Assembly (NCBI GenBank): GCA_963737905.1
Contig: CAVTUQ010000043.1
Span: forward strand, 1-64,000
Length of the DNA stretch: 64,000 nt
Source: an uncultured delta proteobacterium
Lineage (GTDB): Bacteria > Desulfobacterota > Binatia > UBA9968
Reading direction: 5' to 3'
Shown: positions 28,136 to 38,843 of the stretch, piece after piece
Layout of the letters: the number at the start of each line of letters is the position of its first letter
Numbering within the stretch: position 1 is the stretch's first letter
Position numbers and translations under genes: made by a program
Notes under the pieces: generated by a model
The model's input: the letters and a program-made list of their open reading frames with translations, nothing else
What the model was told of the DNA's origin: nothing
The model's database searches: none

Positions 28136-29578
28136 TCATATCCCGAGTTTTTCCCAGATCGAGTCGATGTATCTCTTGGTTTTGTCGTCCATCACGATGG
28201 CATCGGGCCATTCACGTTCGAAGCCCTCGCTGCGCCACTTTCTGGTCGCATCGATGCCCATTTTAGAACCGAAGCCCATGACCGGGGCGGCATGGTCTAA
28301 GACGTCGACGGGTCCTTCGACAAAGATGACATCCCGCTTGGGATCGATATGGTTGCCCACTACCCATGTGATCTCGGAAAGATCTTGGACATTGACGTCG
28401 TGGTCCACAATCATAAAAATTTTCGTAAACATCATCTGGCCGAGGCCCCACAGTGCATGCATTACCTTGCGGGCATGACCTGGATACTCTTTCTTAATCG
28501 AAATTATCGCCAGATTATGAAAGATGCCGTGCGCCGGCAGATGCATGTCGACGATTTCGGGTAAAGTCACGCGCACCAGCGGTAAGAAAAGCCGCTCCGT
28601 CGTCTTGCCGAGATAGGCGTCCTCCATCGGCGGCCGGCCCACGATAGTAGTCGGGTAGATGGGGTTTTTTCGGTGGGTGATGCAGGTTACGTGAAAGACC
28701 GGATAGTCGTCCGCCAGTGAATAAAAGCCCGTGTGATCACCGAACGGGCCCTCGCGGCGCAATGGTTCGGCGGGATCGACGTAGCCTTCGATAACGATAT
28801 CCGAATTGGCCGGCACCTCGACATCTACCGTGATCCCCTTGACGAGTTCAACTCCTTTCTTGCGCAAAAAACCGGTAAACAAGATCTCGTCGATCTGATC
28901 CGGCAACGGCGCGGTGGCGGCATAGATCATCGCCGGGTCACCGCCCAAGCAGACCGCCAGTTCTAGCCTTCCGGCACGCTCCTTTTGGTGGAGAAAGTGG
29001 CGCGCGCCGACCTTGTGCAGATGCCAATGCATCCCCGTCGTGCGCGGGTCGAAGACCTGCATGCGATAAAGGCCGACGTTGCGCGTACCGGTGCGGGGAT
29101 CTTTCGTAAAAACCATCGGCAGGGTAATGAACGGGCCGGCGTCCCCCGGCCAGCTGGTGAGGACCGGTAAGATGCCAAGATCAGGTTCGTGTGAAATCGT
29201 TTCCTGGCAGGCGGCATCTTTTACAATCTTGGGTGGTATTCCGGAGAGACGAATTAATTCGCCCAACAGCGAGAGTTTATCTTTAAATGATTTTGGCGGC
29301 TTGGTGCGGATGAGTTTTTCGATTTCCGCTGCAATCTCCTCAACGTTGTTAACGCCCAAGGCCAATGCCATCCGCTTCATTGAGCCGAAGGCGTTGATCA
29401 AAAGGGAAATCTTTTTGTCGACAACGTTTTCGAAGAGCAGTGCCGGGCCATTGTTTTTCATGACCCGATCGGCGATCTCGGCGATCTCCAGTTCAGCTTT
29501 AACGGGATAGGTGATACGCTTGAGTTCGCCTTGCTGCGCCAAAACTTGAACGAAATCTGCCAAGCTGTTATAGGCCAT
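28136..29578 (-). CDS. mqnL: Menaquinone biosynthesis decarboxylase, UbiD family (MqnL-like)
   Basis: RNVGLYRMQ, GMHWHLHKVGA, EGPFGDHTGFY, GRPPMED, YPGHARKVMHALWGLGQMMFTK, GPVDVLDHA. Confidence 0.85.
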   Translation of the reverse strand: MAYNSLADFVQVLAQQGELKRITYPVKAELEIAEIADRVMKNNGPALLFENVVDKKISLLINAFGSMKRMALALGVNNVEEIAAEIEKLIRTKPPKSFKDKLSLLGELIRLSGIPPKIVKDAACQETISHEPDLGILPVLTSWPGDAGPFITLPMVFTKDPRTGTRNVGLYRMQVFDPRTTGMHWHLHKVGARHFLHQKERAGRLELAVCLGGDPAMIYAATAPLPDQIDEILFTGFLRKKGVELVKGITVDVEVPANSDIVIEGYVDPAEPLRREGPFGDHTGFYSLADDYPVFHVTCITHRKNPIYPTTIVGRPPMEDAYLGKTTERLFLPLVRVTLPEIVDMHLPAHGIFHNLAIISIKKEYPGHARKVMHALWGLGQMMFTKIFMIVDHDVNVQDLSEITWVVGNHIDPKRDVIFVEGPVDVLDHAAPVMGFGSKMGIDATRKWRSEGFEREWPDAIVMDDKTKRYIDSIWEKLGI

Positions 29579-29624
29579 GTGTCGAAGGACCTTGCCTTTT
29601 CTCCACCGTTAAACTCGAATCAAA

Positions 29625-31737
29625 ATGTCTAATATCACAGCGCCGAATAAGTCAAGCCGGCAACGAGCTTTTGAACCCCGCGCTGGGTTTCTCCAATGGG
29701 GAATACCGATCATCATCGTTGCCCTGACGGCGGCCGCGTTTTATCCGGCGCTGCAAAACAGCTTTGTCAATTGGGACGACTACAAAAATATCGTAGAAAA
29801 CCCCCACTATCGCGGCCTCGGCTGGACGAATTTCCGCTGGATGTTTACGACTTTCCACATGGGCCATTATCAGCCATTGAGTTGGGTGACCTTGGGACTG
29901 GATTATGTTTTTTGGGGGATGAACCCTTTCGGATATCATTTAACCAACCTCATTCTCCACGGCGCCAACGCCCTCGTGTTCTATTATGTTTCCCTTCGAC
30001 TTTTGTCGTTACTCGATACCACGCCTTCGACCCATAAAACTCATGCGCTACCTATAGCAGCGGTTTTGGCTGCGCTGTTTTTTGCCATCCACCCTCTGCG
30101 AGTCGAATCCGTTGCCTGGGTTACCGAACGACGGGACGTCCTCTCCGGATTCTTCTTTCTTTTGACTATACTCTTCTACCTCAAAGCCGTCACTGTCGGA
30201 GAAGCCGAGTCGGGCCGTCGGCAATGGAGGGCCCTTTCCTTGATTTCCTATGGACTTTCATTGCTGTCTAAAGCCAGCGGAATCACGCTTCCGCTCGTGC
30301 TTGTGGTTCTTGACGTCTACCCTTTGCGGCGGCTGGGACAAGATCCGAAGCGATGGCTAGCTCTGGAATCGCGCAAGATTTGGCGAGAAAAAATAGCCTT
30401 TCTCGTGCTCGCCTTGGGGGCGGGAATCGTGGCTCTAATGGCCCAGCACCAAGCGAAAGCTATTCGACCCCTGGAGCAATACGATACCGCCTCCCGAATA
30501 ATGCAATCTCTTTACGGAGTGGGATTCTATTTACGGAAAACAGTCCTGCCCTTTAGCCTGTCCCCCCTTTACGAGGTTTCCCAAACTCCCGATCCCTGGC
30601 GATGGTCCTTCTTGCTCAGCGGGATTGTGGTTGTCGGAATCACGGTAGCCCTCTTTTTTCAAAGGCGGCGCTGGCCGGCCATTTTTGCGAGTTGGATGGT
30701 TTATGTAATTCTCTTGTTCCCGACATCGGGAATTGCTCAGAGCGGTCCCCAGCTCGTCGCCGATCGCTATAGCTATCTTTCCTGTATGGTCTGGGCGTTG
30801 GGCGGCAGCGGAGCGTTTTTTCGACTTTGGCAGCTCTCGTGGAATCGAGATGCTCCTCGGAAGGCTGTTTGGTTCGGTGGTGATTTTTATCGCGGTGGTT
30901 TTGATGGGCCTCGGGGTCCTGACCTGGAAGCAAACACAGGTTTGGCACGATTCGGAAGAATTGTGGCGCCATGCATTATCGATCGATCGAGAATCTTCTT
31001 TCGCCCACAATAATCTCGGTAATGCGCTTGCCGCTCAGGGACGATTTGAAGAAGCGATTGATCAATTTCAGAGGGCCCTAAGAATCGACTCTAACGACCC
31101 AGATGCGACTTATAATCTAGGCAATGCCTTGGCACAACAAGGCAACTTCGAAGCGGCGGGCAAACAACTGCAGCAGGCCCTGCAAATCAATCCCAACAAT
31201 GCCATGGCCGCCTACGACCTGGGCAACGTGCGCGCTAGACAGGGACGATTTGAAGAAGCGATTGATCAATTTCAGACGGCGTTAAAGATCGACCCCGGAC
31301 TGGCGCGGGCTCACTACAATGCGGGGAGTCTTTTGACCCAGCAGGGTAAGCTAGACGAGGCAATCGCTCACTTTCGCCAAGTCATGCTCCTTGCCCCCGA
31401 AGACGCGCGGCCTCCCTACCATCTAGGGCAAATATTTTCACGACAGGGAAGGCTTGACGAAGCGATTCGGAACTATCGTCTTGCCTTGCGCATCGACCCT
31501 TCCAATCTGAAGGCGCGTTATTACTTGGCAGTCGCCCTCACCGAACAAGGCGACTTCGATAGTGCAGGAAAAGAATTTGCGGAGACGCTTCGCCTTGACC
31601 CGAACCTCGGGGAAGCTCACGCCGGCCTGGCGCGCGCGCTGTCAGCACAGGGAAAGAAAAATGAAGCGGTGCAGCACTATCAGGAAGCTCTGCGACTTTT
31701 AAAATCAGAGAGTCAGATTGAAGGGTCAAAGAAGTGA
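29625..31737 (+). CDS. TMTC-like GT-C glycosyltransferase (putative protein O-mannosyltransferase) with C-terminal TPRs; frameshift near 30850-30880
   Basis: FVNWDD, YQPL, GYHLTNLILH, HPLRVESVAWVTERRDVL, LSKA, ADRYSY; ORF 30733-31737 supplies QTQVWHDSEELW and about six TPRs. Confidence 0.85.
31036..31276 (+). repeat. Exact 37-nt direct repeat 204 nt apart within the TPR region
   Basis: cagggacgatttgaagaagcgattgatcaatttcaga at 31036-31072 and 31240-31276. Confidence 0.85.
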
Positions 31738-31797
31738 CCTGGGATAACGAAGCGGCGGTGAGAGAGAGCCTCGGTTGACCCGGTCCATGGGTTGGGG

Positions 31798-33852
31798 ATG
31801 ACCAGGACCGACAAGCTAGTGTCCTATCTGCTTCCCAGTTCGGTTGCCCTCATGACCCTCATCGTTTTTTCACGGGCTTTACGGAACGGCTTCGTTAACT
31901 GGGACGATCTGGAGACTCTCGTTGAAAACCAAAACTTCAGAGGTTTTACCTGGTCCCATCTGCGCTGGATGTTTACGACCTTCCACCAAGGTCACTACCA
32001 ACCTCTCACCTGGCTTACGTTCAGCCTGGATTATCTGGTGTGGGGTATAGATCCTTTCGGTTATCACCTGACAAATATTCTCTTTCATTCGGCGAATGCG
32101 GTGCTCTTTTATTTCGTTACCCTGCGTCTGCTGGCGATCGCGTCACCGATTTCCAGCGCCCTTTTGCTAAAGCTGGCTGCGGGATTTTCCGCCCTTGTCT
32201 TCGCCCTTCATCCTCTGCGGGTTGAATCCGTTGCGTGGGCCACTGAACGCCGCGACGTTCTTTCAGGGTTTTTTCTTCTGCTGACGGTTCTTAGCTACCT
32301 GAAGGGCGTTGGTTACGAAACGAATGATAGGAGCGGGCGGCGCTGGATCGCCGTCTCGGCGCTGCTTTATGTGCTCTCGCTTCTATCGAAAGCGAGCGGC
32401 ATGACGCTTCCGCTGGTTCTGCTCGTCTTGGACGTCTACCCGCTCCGGCGGCTCGGAGGCGGCGTCGGTCAATGGTTCAGCGCGGGTTCCCGGCGTGTTT
32501 GGCTGGAAAAGCTGCCTTTCGTTGCGGCCGCCGTAGCCGCTGGGGCGGTCGCCTTAACGGCTCAACAAAAAGCGGGCGCTCTCGTGAGCACGGAAACCCA
32601 CGATCTGGCGGGAAGAATCGCTCAAGGATTGTACGGCGTAACCTTCTACATAGTGAAAACTTTGCAGCCTACCGATCTTGCTCCGCTTTACGAAATTCCT
32701 CCCGAGCTTCATCTTTTTCACTGGCGTATCATTTTTGCGGCGCTCGTTTTTCTCGTGTTGAGTCTTGGCTTTTTCGCGGCCAGGCATCGATGGCCCGCCG
32801 CCATGGCGGCTTGGATCGTGTATCTCCTGCTGTTGGCGCCGGTCTTGGGCGTCGCTCAAGCCGGCGTGCAGTTGGTGGCGGATCGCTACAGTTATCTATC
32901 ATGTATGGTTTGGGCGATACTTTTGGCAACCGTGCTTTCTCGTCTTTGGCGACCGATGACTCTGGGAGTCGCTCGCCCCATTCTTCTGACGGCGATTCCG
33001 CTGTTCGTTCTTTTCGGGTTGGCTCGTTTGACCTGGAGACAGACCGAGATTTGGCACGATTCGGAGAGACTCTGGAACCATGCGCTTGCCGTGAGCCCTT
33101 CGAGTATGGCCCATTTCCACGTCGGCAGGTTCTCGGCACAGCGTGGCGATTTGCCCGAGGCCGAGAAGCACCTGCGTCGCGCCGTCGAGATCAATCCGAC
33201 CAACGATGTGATGCAAAGCAATCTTGCTTTGGTTCTCGCAAGACAGGGAAATTTGGCGGAAGCAACGGCGCATTTTTATCGCGCCTTGGAAATCAATCCG
33301 GCCGATCCAGCCACCTTGAACAACATGGGCATCGCCCTTGCTCAACAAGGCAAGCTGGATGAAGCGATCGAGCACTTTCAGCGTTCTGTGGAGATTAAGC
33401 CCAACGACGCCTCAGGTCACTCGAACCTGGCAAATGTGCTGCTGAACCGAGGAGATCTGGACGGGGCCATGAAGCACCTGCGCCTCGCCATCGAGATTGA
33501 GCCGGGGGATGCCGATAACCAGAACAGTCTCGCCATTGTCTTGGCGAAGCGCGGAAATTTGGCGGATGCCACCGAGCACCTGCGCCGTGTCGTGGAACTC
33601 AAGCCCGGAGACGCTGCGGCCGTGAACAATTTGGCCATTACCCTCGCTCAACAAGGACAACTCGGGGAAGCGGCCCGACATTTCGAAGCAGCTCTCAGCA
33701 TCGATCCCAATATCGCCGAAGCTCATGCGGGGCTGGCGCGGGTGCTCGCCATGCAGAAGAAGCCGGAAGAGGCGACGCGCCATTATCAGGAGGCGCTCAG
33801 GATCCTCAAGGCGCAACAGAAGGCTGAAAGCTCCGGAGACAGCAAGCGATGA
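31798..33852 (+). CDS. TMTC-like GT-C glycosyltransferase with C-terminal TPRs (paralogue)
   Basis: FVNWDD, HPLRVESVAWATERRDVL, ADRYSY, WHDSERLW, about seven TPRs. Confidence 0.88.
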   Translation: MTRTDKLVSYLLPSSVALMTLIVFSRALRNGFVNWDDLETLVENQNFRGFTWSHLRWMFTTFHQGHYQPLTWLTFSLDYLVWGIDPFGYHLTNILFHSANAVLFYFVTLRLLAIASPISSALLLKLAAGFSALVFALHPLRVESVAWATERRDVLSGFFLLLTVLSYLKGVGYETNDRSGRRWIAVSALLYVLSLLSKASGMTLPLVLLVLDVYPLRRLGGGVGQWFSAGSRRVWLEKLPFVAAAVAAGAVALTAQQKAGALVSTETHDLAGRIAQGLYGVTFYIVKTLQPTDLAPLYEIPPELHLFHWRIIFAALVFLVLSLGFFAARHRWPAAMAAWIVYLLLLAPVLGVAQAGVQLVADRYSYLSCMVWAILLATVLSRLWRPMTLGVARPILLTAIPLFVLFGLARLTWRQTEIWHDSERLWNHALAVSPSSMAHFHVGRFSAQRGDLPEAEKHLRRAVEINPTNDVMQSNLALVLARQGNLAEATAHFYRALEINPADPATLNNMGIALAQQGKLDEAIEHFQRSVEIKPNDASGHSNLANVLLNRGDLDGAMKHLRLAIEIEPGDADNQNSLAIVLAKRGNLADATEHLRRVVELKPGDAAAVNNLAITLAQQGQLGEAARHFEAALSIDPNIAEAHAGLARVLAMQKKPEEATRHYQEALRILKAQQKAESSGDSKR

Positions 33853-35911
33853 ACCGGGCAGCGCCTAGAGCCGAAAGGCGACCGCGAGCTGAGAGGCGGC
33901 GCGCAGGAGTCGAGCCGAAGAATAGAAGCAGGCTGCCGACGGATACGGCGTGGTTTTGGATTATTTTCGGCTGCGCATTTCTCGTCCGTTTACTCTACCT
34001 TGTGGAAATTGATTCAATTCCCCTCTTTTATAATCTTGCCGGCGACGGCCGGACATACGACCAGTGGGGGCAGAGAATCGCTGCCGGGGATTGGTTAGGG
34101 GAGGGAGTTTTTTATCAGGCACCCCTTTATCCCTACTTCCTTGGATTTCTCCAGGTAATCCTCGGGCATAATCTTTGGCTTATCCGGCTCATGCAGATCG
34201 CGCTTGGAGCGACTTCCTGCGCTTTGATTTTCCAAGCAGGCCGCAATCTATTTTCGCGCCAAGCTGGAATTGCCGCCGGTCTGATTCTCGCCTGCTATGC
34301 CCCAGGGATTTTTTTTGACGGTCTCATCGAGAAGAGCATCCTCGATTTTTTTCTTCTCGCGCTGCTTTTGTGGCTGTTGAGTCAAGCGGAGAAAGGACGG
34401 CAATGGAAGCAGTGGCTGGCCATTGGCGCTGTGCTGGGTCTGTTCGGGCTTTCACGGGAGAATGCGCTTATTTTAGTTATGGTGGTGCCGGTTTGGATCG
34501 GACTCCATTTTTCTGATTCGCCCGTCTTGACTCGGTTGCAATGGGTGGGGATTTTCTTCGCCGGTCTGCTATTGGTGCTGGTTCCGGTGGGACTGAGAAA
34601 TTTGACGGTCGGCGGTGAGTTCAAACTGACGACTTCTCAGTTCGGTCCGAATTTCTTTATCGGCAACAATTCCGCGGCCGACGGAACCTATGTGTCCGTC
34701 CGAAACGTGATTGGCGAGCCACAGCTGGAAGGGAAAGACGCCCAGCGCCTGGCCGAAAAAGCCTTGAATCGAAGCCTGACTCCCGGAGAAGTGTCCGATT
34801 ATTGGCTGCAACAATCGTGGGACTATATTCGCTCCCAACCCGTCAGATGGATGGAGCTCCTCGGCAAGAAATGGTTGTTGGTCTGGAACGCCCATGAAAT
34901 TGAAGACTCGGATGATTTCTACATCTATCAGCAGTGGTCCTGGTTGCTCAGTTTTCTCGGAGCAATCAACCATTTCGGAATCCTGGCTCCCCTAGCAGCT
35001 CTCGGCTGGTGGTTGACCCGTCATCAGTGGCGGCGCTTGTGGCTGCTCTACGCCATGATATTCGCTCTCGCTTCGAGTGTCGCGATTTTTTACGTGTTCG
35101 GCCGCTATCGCTTTCCGCTCGTGCCATTGCTCGCGCTTTTTGCAGGCGCGGGGCTAGTGGGATCCGCGAGCCTGTACAAACAGCACGAATGGGGGTCTTT
35201 GCTGGCCGCGTTAAGCGTGTTGGTGTTTGTCGCCGTCGTCGCCAATTGGCCAATCTACGGAATTCGCGGTCCGAGCCCCGGCGGTTATAACAACCTATCC
35301 AATGCATACTACAAGGAGGGCAGAGTAGACGAAGCCATTAAAACCGCTCTCAAGGCGCTCGAATTACAGCCCGATTACGGAGTCGCGCGTTACAATCTCG
35401 GTAACCTCTACGCTGCTCAGAAAAGATTCGATCTGGCCCAGAATAATTTCCAGGAAGCGCTGCGGCTCTATCCGAATTACGCGGAAGCCTATAGCAATTT
35501 TGGGCAGTTGATTGCGGAAAGGGGCGATATTGAGACGGGCATCCGCTATTTTCGTAAAGCCATCGAGCTTAACCCGTCGATCAGCAGGGCGCACCTTAAC
35601 CTCGGCGTGGCGCTCGCCAAGCAGGGGCGAATCGAAGAGGCGGTCGCCCGCTTCAGGAAGCGGCGCGGTTGGCCCCGGAATCCGCCGAGGCCCGCAATTA
35701 CCTGGGGAGCCTATACGCCGCTCAAGGCCGATACGATGACGCGGCAGTATTCTTTCGAGACGCGCTCCGAATCCAGCCGGATTACGCCCAAGCGCATCAG
35801 AGTTTGGCTCAACTCCTATTGTTGCAAGGGAAGAAGGAAGAAGCACGGCGGCACTATGAAGAAGCACTGCGGCTCGGGAAACTCAGGGGAACCCCGTCAA
35901 ACGTTCGCTGA
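33849..35911 (+). CDS. GT-C (ArnT/PMT_2-like) glycosyltransferase with TPRs; frameshift near 35650
   Basis: DGRTYDQW, FYQAPLYPYFLG, LSREN, NFFIGNN, RYRFP, then TPRs continuing in ORF 35669-35911. Confidence 0.8.
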
Positions 35912-36006
35912 GCCATGGTCATAGATCTCTCTCGCATTTATCGGCGGTAATGCTAACGAGGGATAGGTAACCTGATACAAGGCTTTTATTATTATCATTT
36001 AAAAAA

Positions 36007-37920
36007 ATGGCCGGTCGTCTGAAAAGGCAAAAACTATCTGATCCCCGAAAATCCCAAATAGCACGTCGCAGCCGGAGCGACAACGGTATCGTGTCCGCGC
36101 CTGCTGAGGGAAGGTGGGAGTGGGCGGGTATCGTGTTCCTGGTGCTGGCGGTTGTCTGTGCGCTTGTTGTTTCCTGGCGCAAATGGCCAGACCCCTTGGT
36201 CGATTTTGGCCGAGAACTTTATCTCCCGTGGCGACTTAGCGAAGGGGACGTTCTCTATCGCGATATTGATCATCTCTATGGTCCGCTTTCCCACTATTTC
36301 AACGCATTGATCTTTCGCATCTTCGGCACAGGGATGATGAAAATCGTGGGGGTCAATCTGCTGATCTACTGCGCAAGCCTCGCTCTCATCTATTATGAGG
36401 TCCGCGTCGGATGGGGCCGGCTTGCCGCGTTCACCGGTTCTCTGCTGTTCATTTTGCTGTTCTCTTTTTCCCAGTTCGTACAAATCGGCAACTATAATTT
36501 TGCCACGCCCTATGCGCACGAGACAACGCACGGCTTTTTTCTCATCCTTGTGCTCATTCTCATCTGGGCGTCCTGGCTCCGCGAACCCCGCACATGGAAA
36601 ACACTGGCCGCAGGGATTTGCTGCGGCTTGAGCGTGCTGCTCAAACCGGAGATCCTTCTCGCCGCCGCAACTGTCACTCTCTGCGCCTTAATGCGCGCGG
36701 CGCTTTTGCGACCGGGGTTTCGTTCCCTGAAGACTGTTCTTCGAAGTGGATTGGTCTTTCTTGCAGGCGGGTTATTGCCCGTTCTGATTGCGACACTCGG
36801 CTTTTGGAGTGCCTCTTCCTTTGGCGCGGCGTTATCGTGGTCCAACAACGCGTGGCTCAACCTGTTCAACTTCGCCCATATTGCCGAGGAGCCTACCCAG
36901 CGGATGTTTCTGGGTACGGCTAAGGTTGGTGAAAATCTAAGAGGTATACTCTTGTTGGGGCCGCTTTCCGTTTTGGCGATTTTTGCGGTGGGCCTCCTTT
37001 GCAAACGAATTGATCGCGCCAAAGTCGCCATCGGCGTGAGTGGTGTACTCGTCTTCGCGGCGGCGCTCCTTTCACTTGTGCTGCCTTGGCTTGAGTTAGG
37101 TAAGATTTTCCCCGCGTGGCTTTGCTTCGCGGTTCTGGCAGAGTTTTGGTGGATGCCCCTGCTGGCTCCCCGGTCTCCTCTTGATATCACCTCTGCCGAC
37201 ATGCGATGGCTGCTTTTGATTGCGGCTGCGTCCTTTCTCACGCGAATGGCTCTGAATCCACGTTTTTTCCACTACGGCTACTATCAGGCCGCTCTTGCTG
37301 GAGCCGTTACCATGGCGGCCATCTTTCGCTCCATGCCGGATTTGCTGAAAATCCACGGAAGCGGCCGCGCGACTTACACAATCGTCGTTGCAATTTGTCT
37401 GGCATCCGGGATTTGGCAGCTCGAGGAAATCTCCCTCCTATATCTCAAGCTCAAAACAACCCCCATCGCCGAAGGCCCCGATCGGTTTTATGGTTTTGAG
37501 CCTCGGGTCGAACCAACAGCCAGCCTCGTGGAGGAGGCTCGTCAAACGCTCATCACCAGACCGAAGTGTAAAACTTTGGTCGCTCTGCCCGAAGGTGTGA
37601 TGCTCAACTATCTCTTGCGAAAGCCGAGCACGATTCCTCAATTTATGCTGCATCCCTGGCTCATTCAGGGCGCCATGGGAGCGCGCTTGCTGGAAGGTCT
37701 GAAAACCCGACCGCCGGACTGTGTGGTGCTTATCAGCCGAGACATGCAAGAATTCGGAGTCTACCGTTTCGGAGACACGCCCGAGCATGGAAGCGAGATC
37801 CTTTCCTGGCTGGAAGGAAATTACAAACCCTTCCGGCAAATCGGTGGCGACCCACTCGACGTCAACCAGCGAGGGGTGACTCTCTACGAGAGAAAGAAAC
37901 CATCCGGCGATGCTCCTTGA
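36007..37920 (+). CDS. Polytopic membrane protein, probable GT-C glycosyltransferase
   Basis: WPDPLVDFGRELYLPWRL..GDVLYRD..YGPL, LLKPE, many TM segments, periplasmic C-terminal domain. Confidence 0.72.
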   Translation: MAGRLKRQKLSDPRKSQIARRSRSDNGIVSAPAEGRWEWAGIVFLVLAVVCALVVSWRKWPDPLVDFGRELYLPWRLSEGDVLYRDIDHLYGPLSHYFNALIFRIFGTGMMKIVGVNLLIYCASLALIYYEVRVGWGRLAAFTGSLLFILLFSFSQFVQIGNYNFATPYAHETTHGFFLILVLILIWASWLREPRTWKTLAAGICCGLSVLLKPEILLAAATVTLCALMRAALLRPGFRSLKTVLRSGLVFLAGGLLPVLIATLGFWSASSFGAALSWSNNAWLNLFNFAHIAEEPTQRMFLGTAKVGENLRGILLLGPLSVLAIFAVGLLCKRIDRAKVAIGVSGVLVFAAALLSLVLPWLELGKIFPAWLCFAVLAEFWWMPLLAPRSPLDITSADMRWLLLIAAASFLTRMALNPRFFHYGYYQAALAGAVTMAAIFRSMPDLLKIHGSGRATYTIVVAICLASGIWQLEEISLLYLKLKTTPIAEGPDRFYGFEPRVEPTASLVEEARQTLITRPKCKTLVALPEGVMLNYLLRKPSTIPQFMLHPWLIQGAMGARLLEGLKTRPPDCVVLISRDMQEFGVYRFGDTPEHGSEILSWLEGNYKPFRQIGGDPLDVNQRGVTLYERKKPSGDAP

Positions 37921-37979
37921 AATTTCACGTTTTTCTTTGACGGACGCGATTATCAGCTGTGCTCTAAAGCTGCGAGCAG

Positions 37980-38843
37980 TCAGGCTTCAGAGTTTGTGCC
38001 CTTCGCCTTTCCCCAGGTCTCCGCGAGCGCAGCTTGCAAGGTCGAAGCCTGTGGAAGGACCGCCGACAGGTTCGTCGGGTGGTAGGGAGCCAAGTTGGTG
38101 ATGTACCCTTTCAGATTGTCCACATCGATAGGTGCACGAATGCGGAGATATCGCAGGACCGAAAGCGGCAAAAGAAGGAAAGCCGCTGGAACTGAAACGA
38201 AGAGCACCTTGCGGTTCAGAATTGTTCGGAGCTGGCGCAGGAGCTCACCGAACGCCGGCATCTCCTCGTAATAGAAGTTGTACTGCTTCGCATCGTGAAT
38301 TTGGAGGATTGTCTCCAACGCACGGCAGAGGTCATGGACACCAATGACAGTCATGCGCGCATGCCCTCCGTCTAGAAGCGGGAGCACAGGAAAGCTCTGC
38401 ATCACGCCTGCTATCTTCCCGAAGAGGCCTCCCTTTCCCAGGACCGTACCTGGACGGACAATTGTATGGTTATTGCGGATGAAGTACTCCTCCTCTGCAA
38501 GCTTCGTCCGGCCATACTCGGAGACCGCGTCAGGCCGCGCGGAGATCGAGCTCATGAGGATCTGTCGCTGCACCCCGGCGGCCGCGGCGGCCCGCTCCAT
38601 GGCCAGTGTGCCTTTAATATTGGTGTTCATTGCGCCAGGCGTGAAGTCGTGCGCGGCGTGTATGATCGCATCGACTCCAGCGAGAGCAGCGCTCTCGATC
38701 GGCTCATCCAGGCGCCACGATATCGCGTGGAATCGTTCGCTGCTCGAACGGCTGGTGCCCGTAACTACGTAGCCGCGCTCCGAGAGCCGCGTGGCAAGAT
38801 GGTGGGCGATGAAGCCGTTCAGACCTGTGATGAAGACGTTCAT
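37980..38843 (-). CDS. NAD-dependent epimerase/dehydratase (extended SDR)
   Basis: TGLNGFIA, IIHAA, SS, YGRTK, VRPGTVLG. Confidence 0.88.
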   Translation of the reverse strand: MNVFITGLNGFIAHHLATRLSERGYVVTGTSRSSSERFHAISWRLDEPIESAALAGVDAIIHAAHDFTPGAMNTNIKGTLAMERAAAAAGVQRQILMSSISARPDAVSEYGRTKLAEEEYFIRNNHTIVRPGTVLGKGGLFGKIAGVMQSFPVLPLLDGGHARMTVIGVHDLCRALETILQIHDAKQYNFYYEEMPAFGELLRQLRTILNRKVLFVSVPAAFLLLPLSVLRYLRIRAPIDVDNLKGYITNLAPYHPTNLSAVLPQASTLQAALAETWGKAKGTNSEA

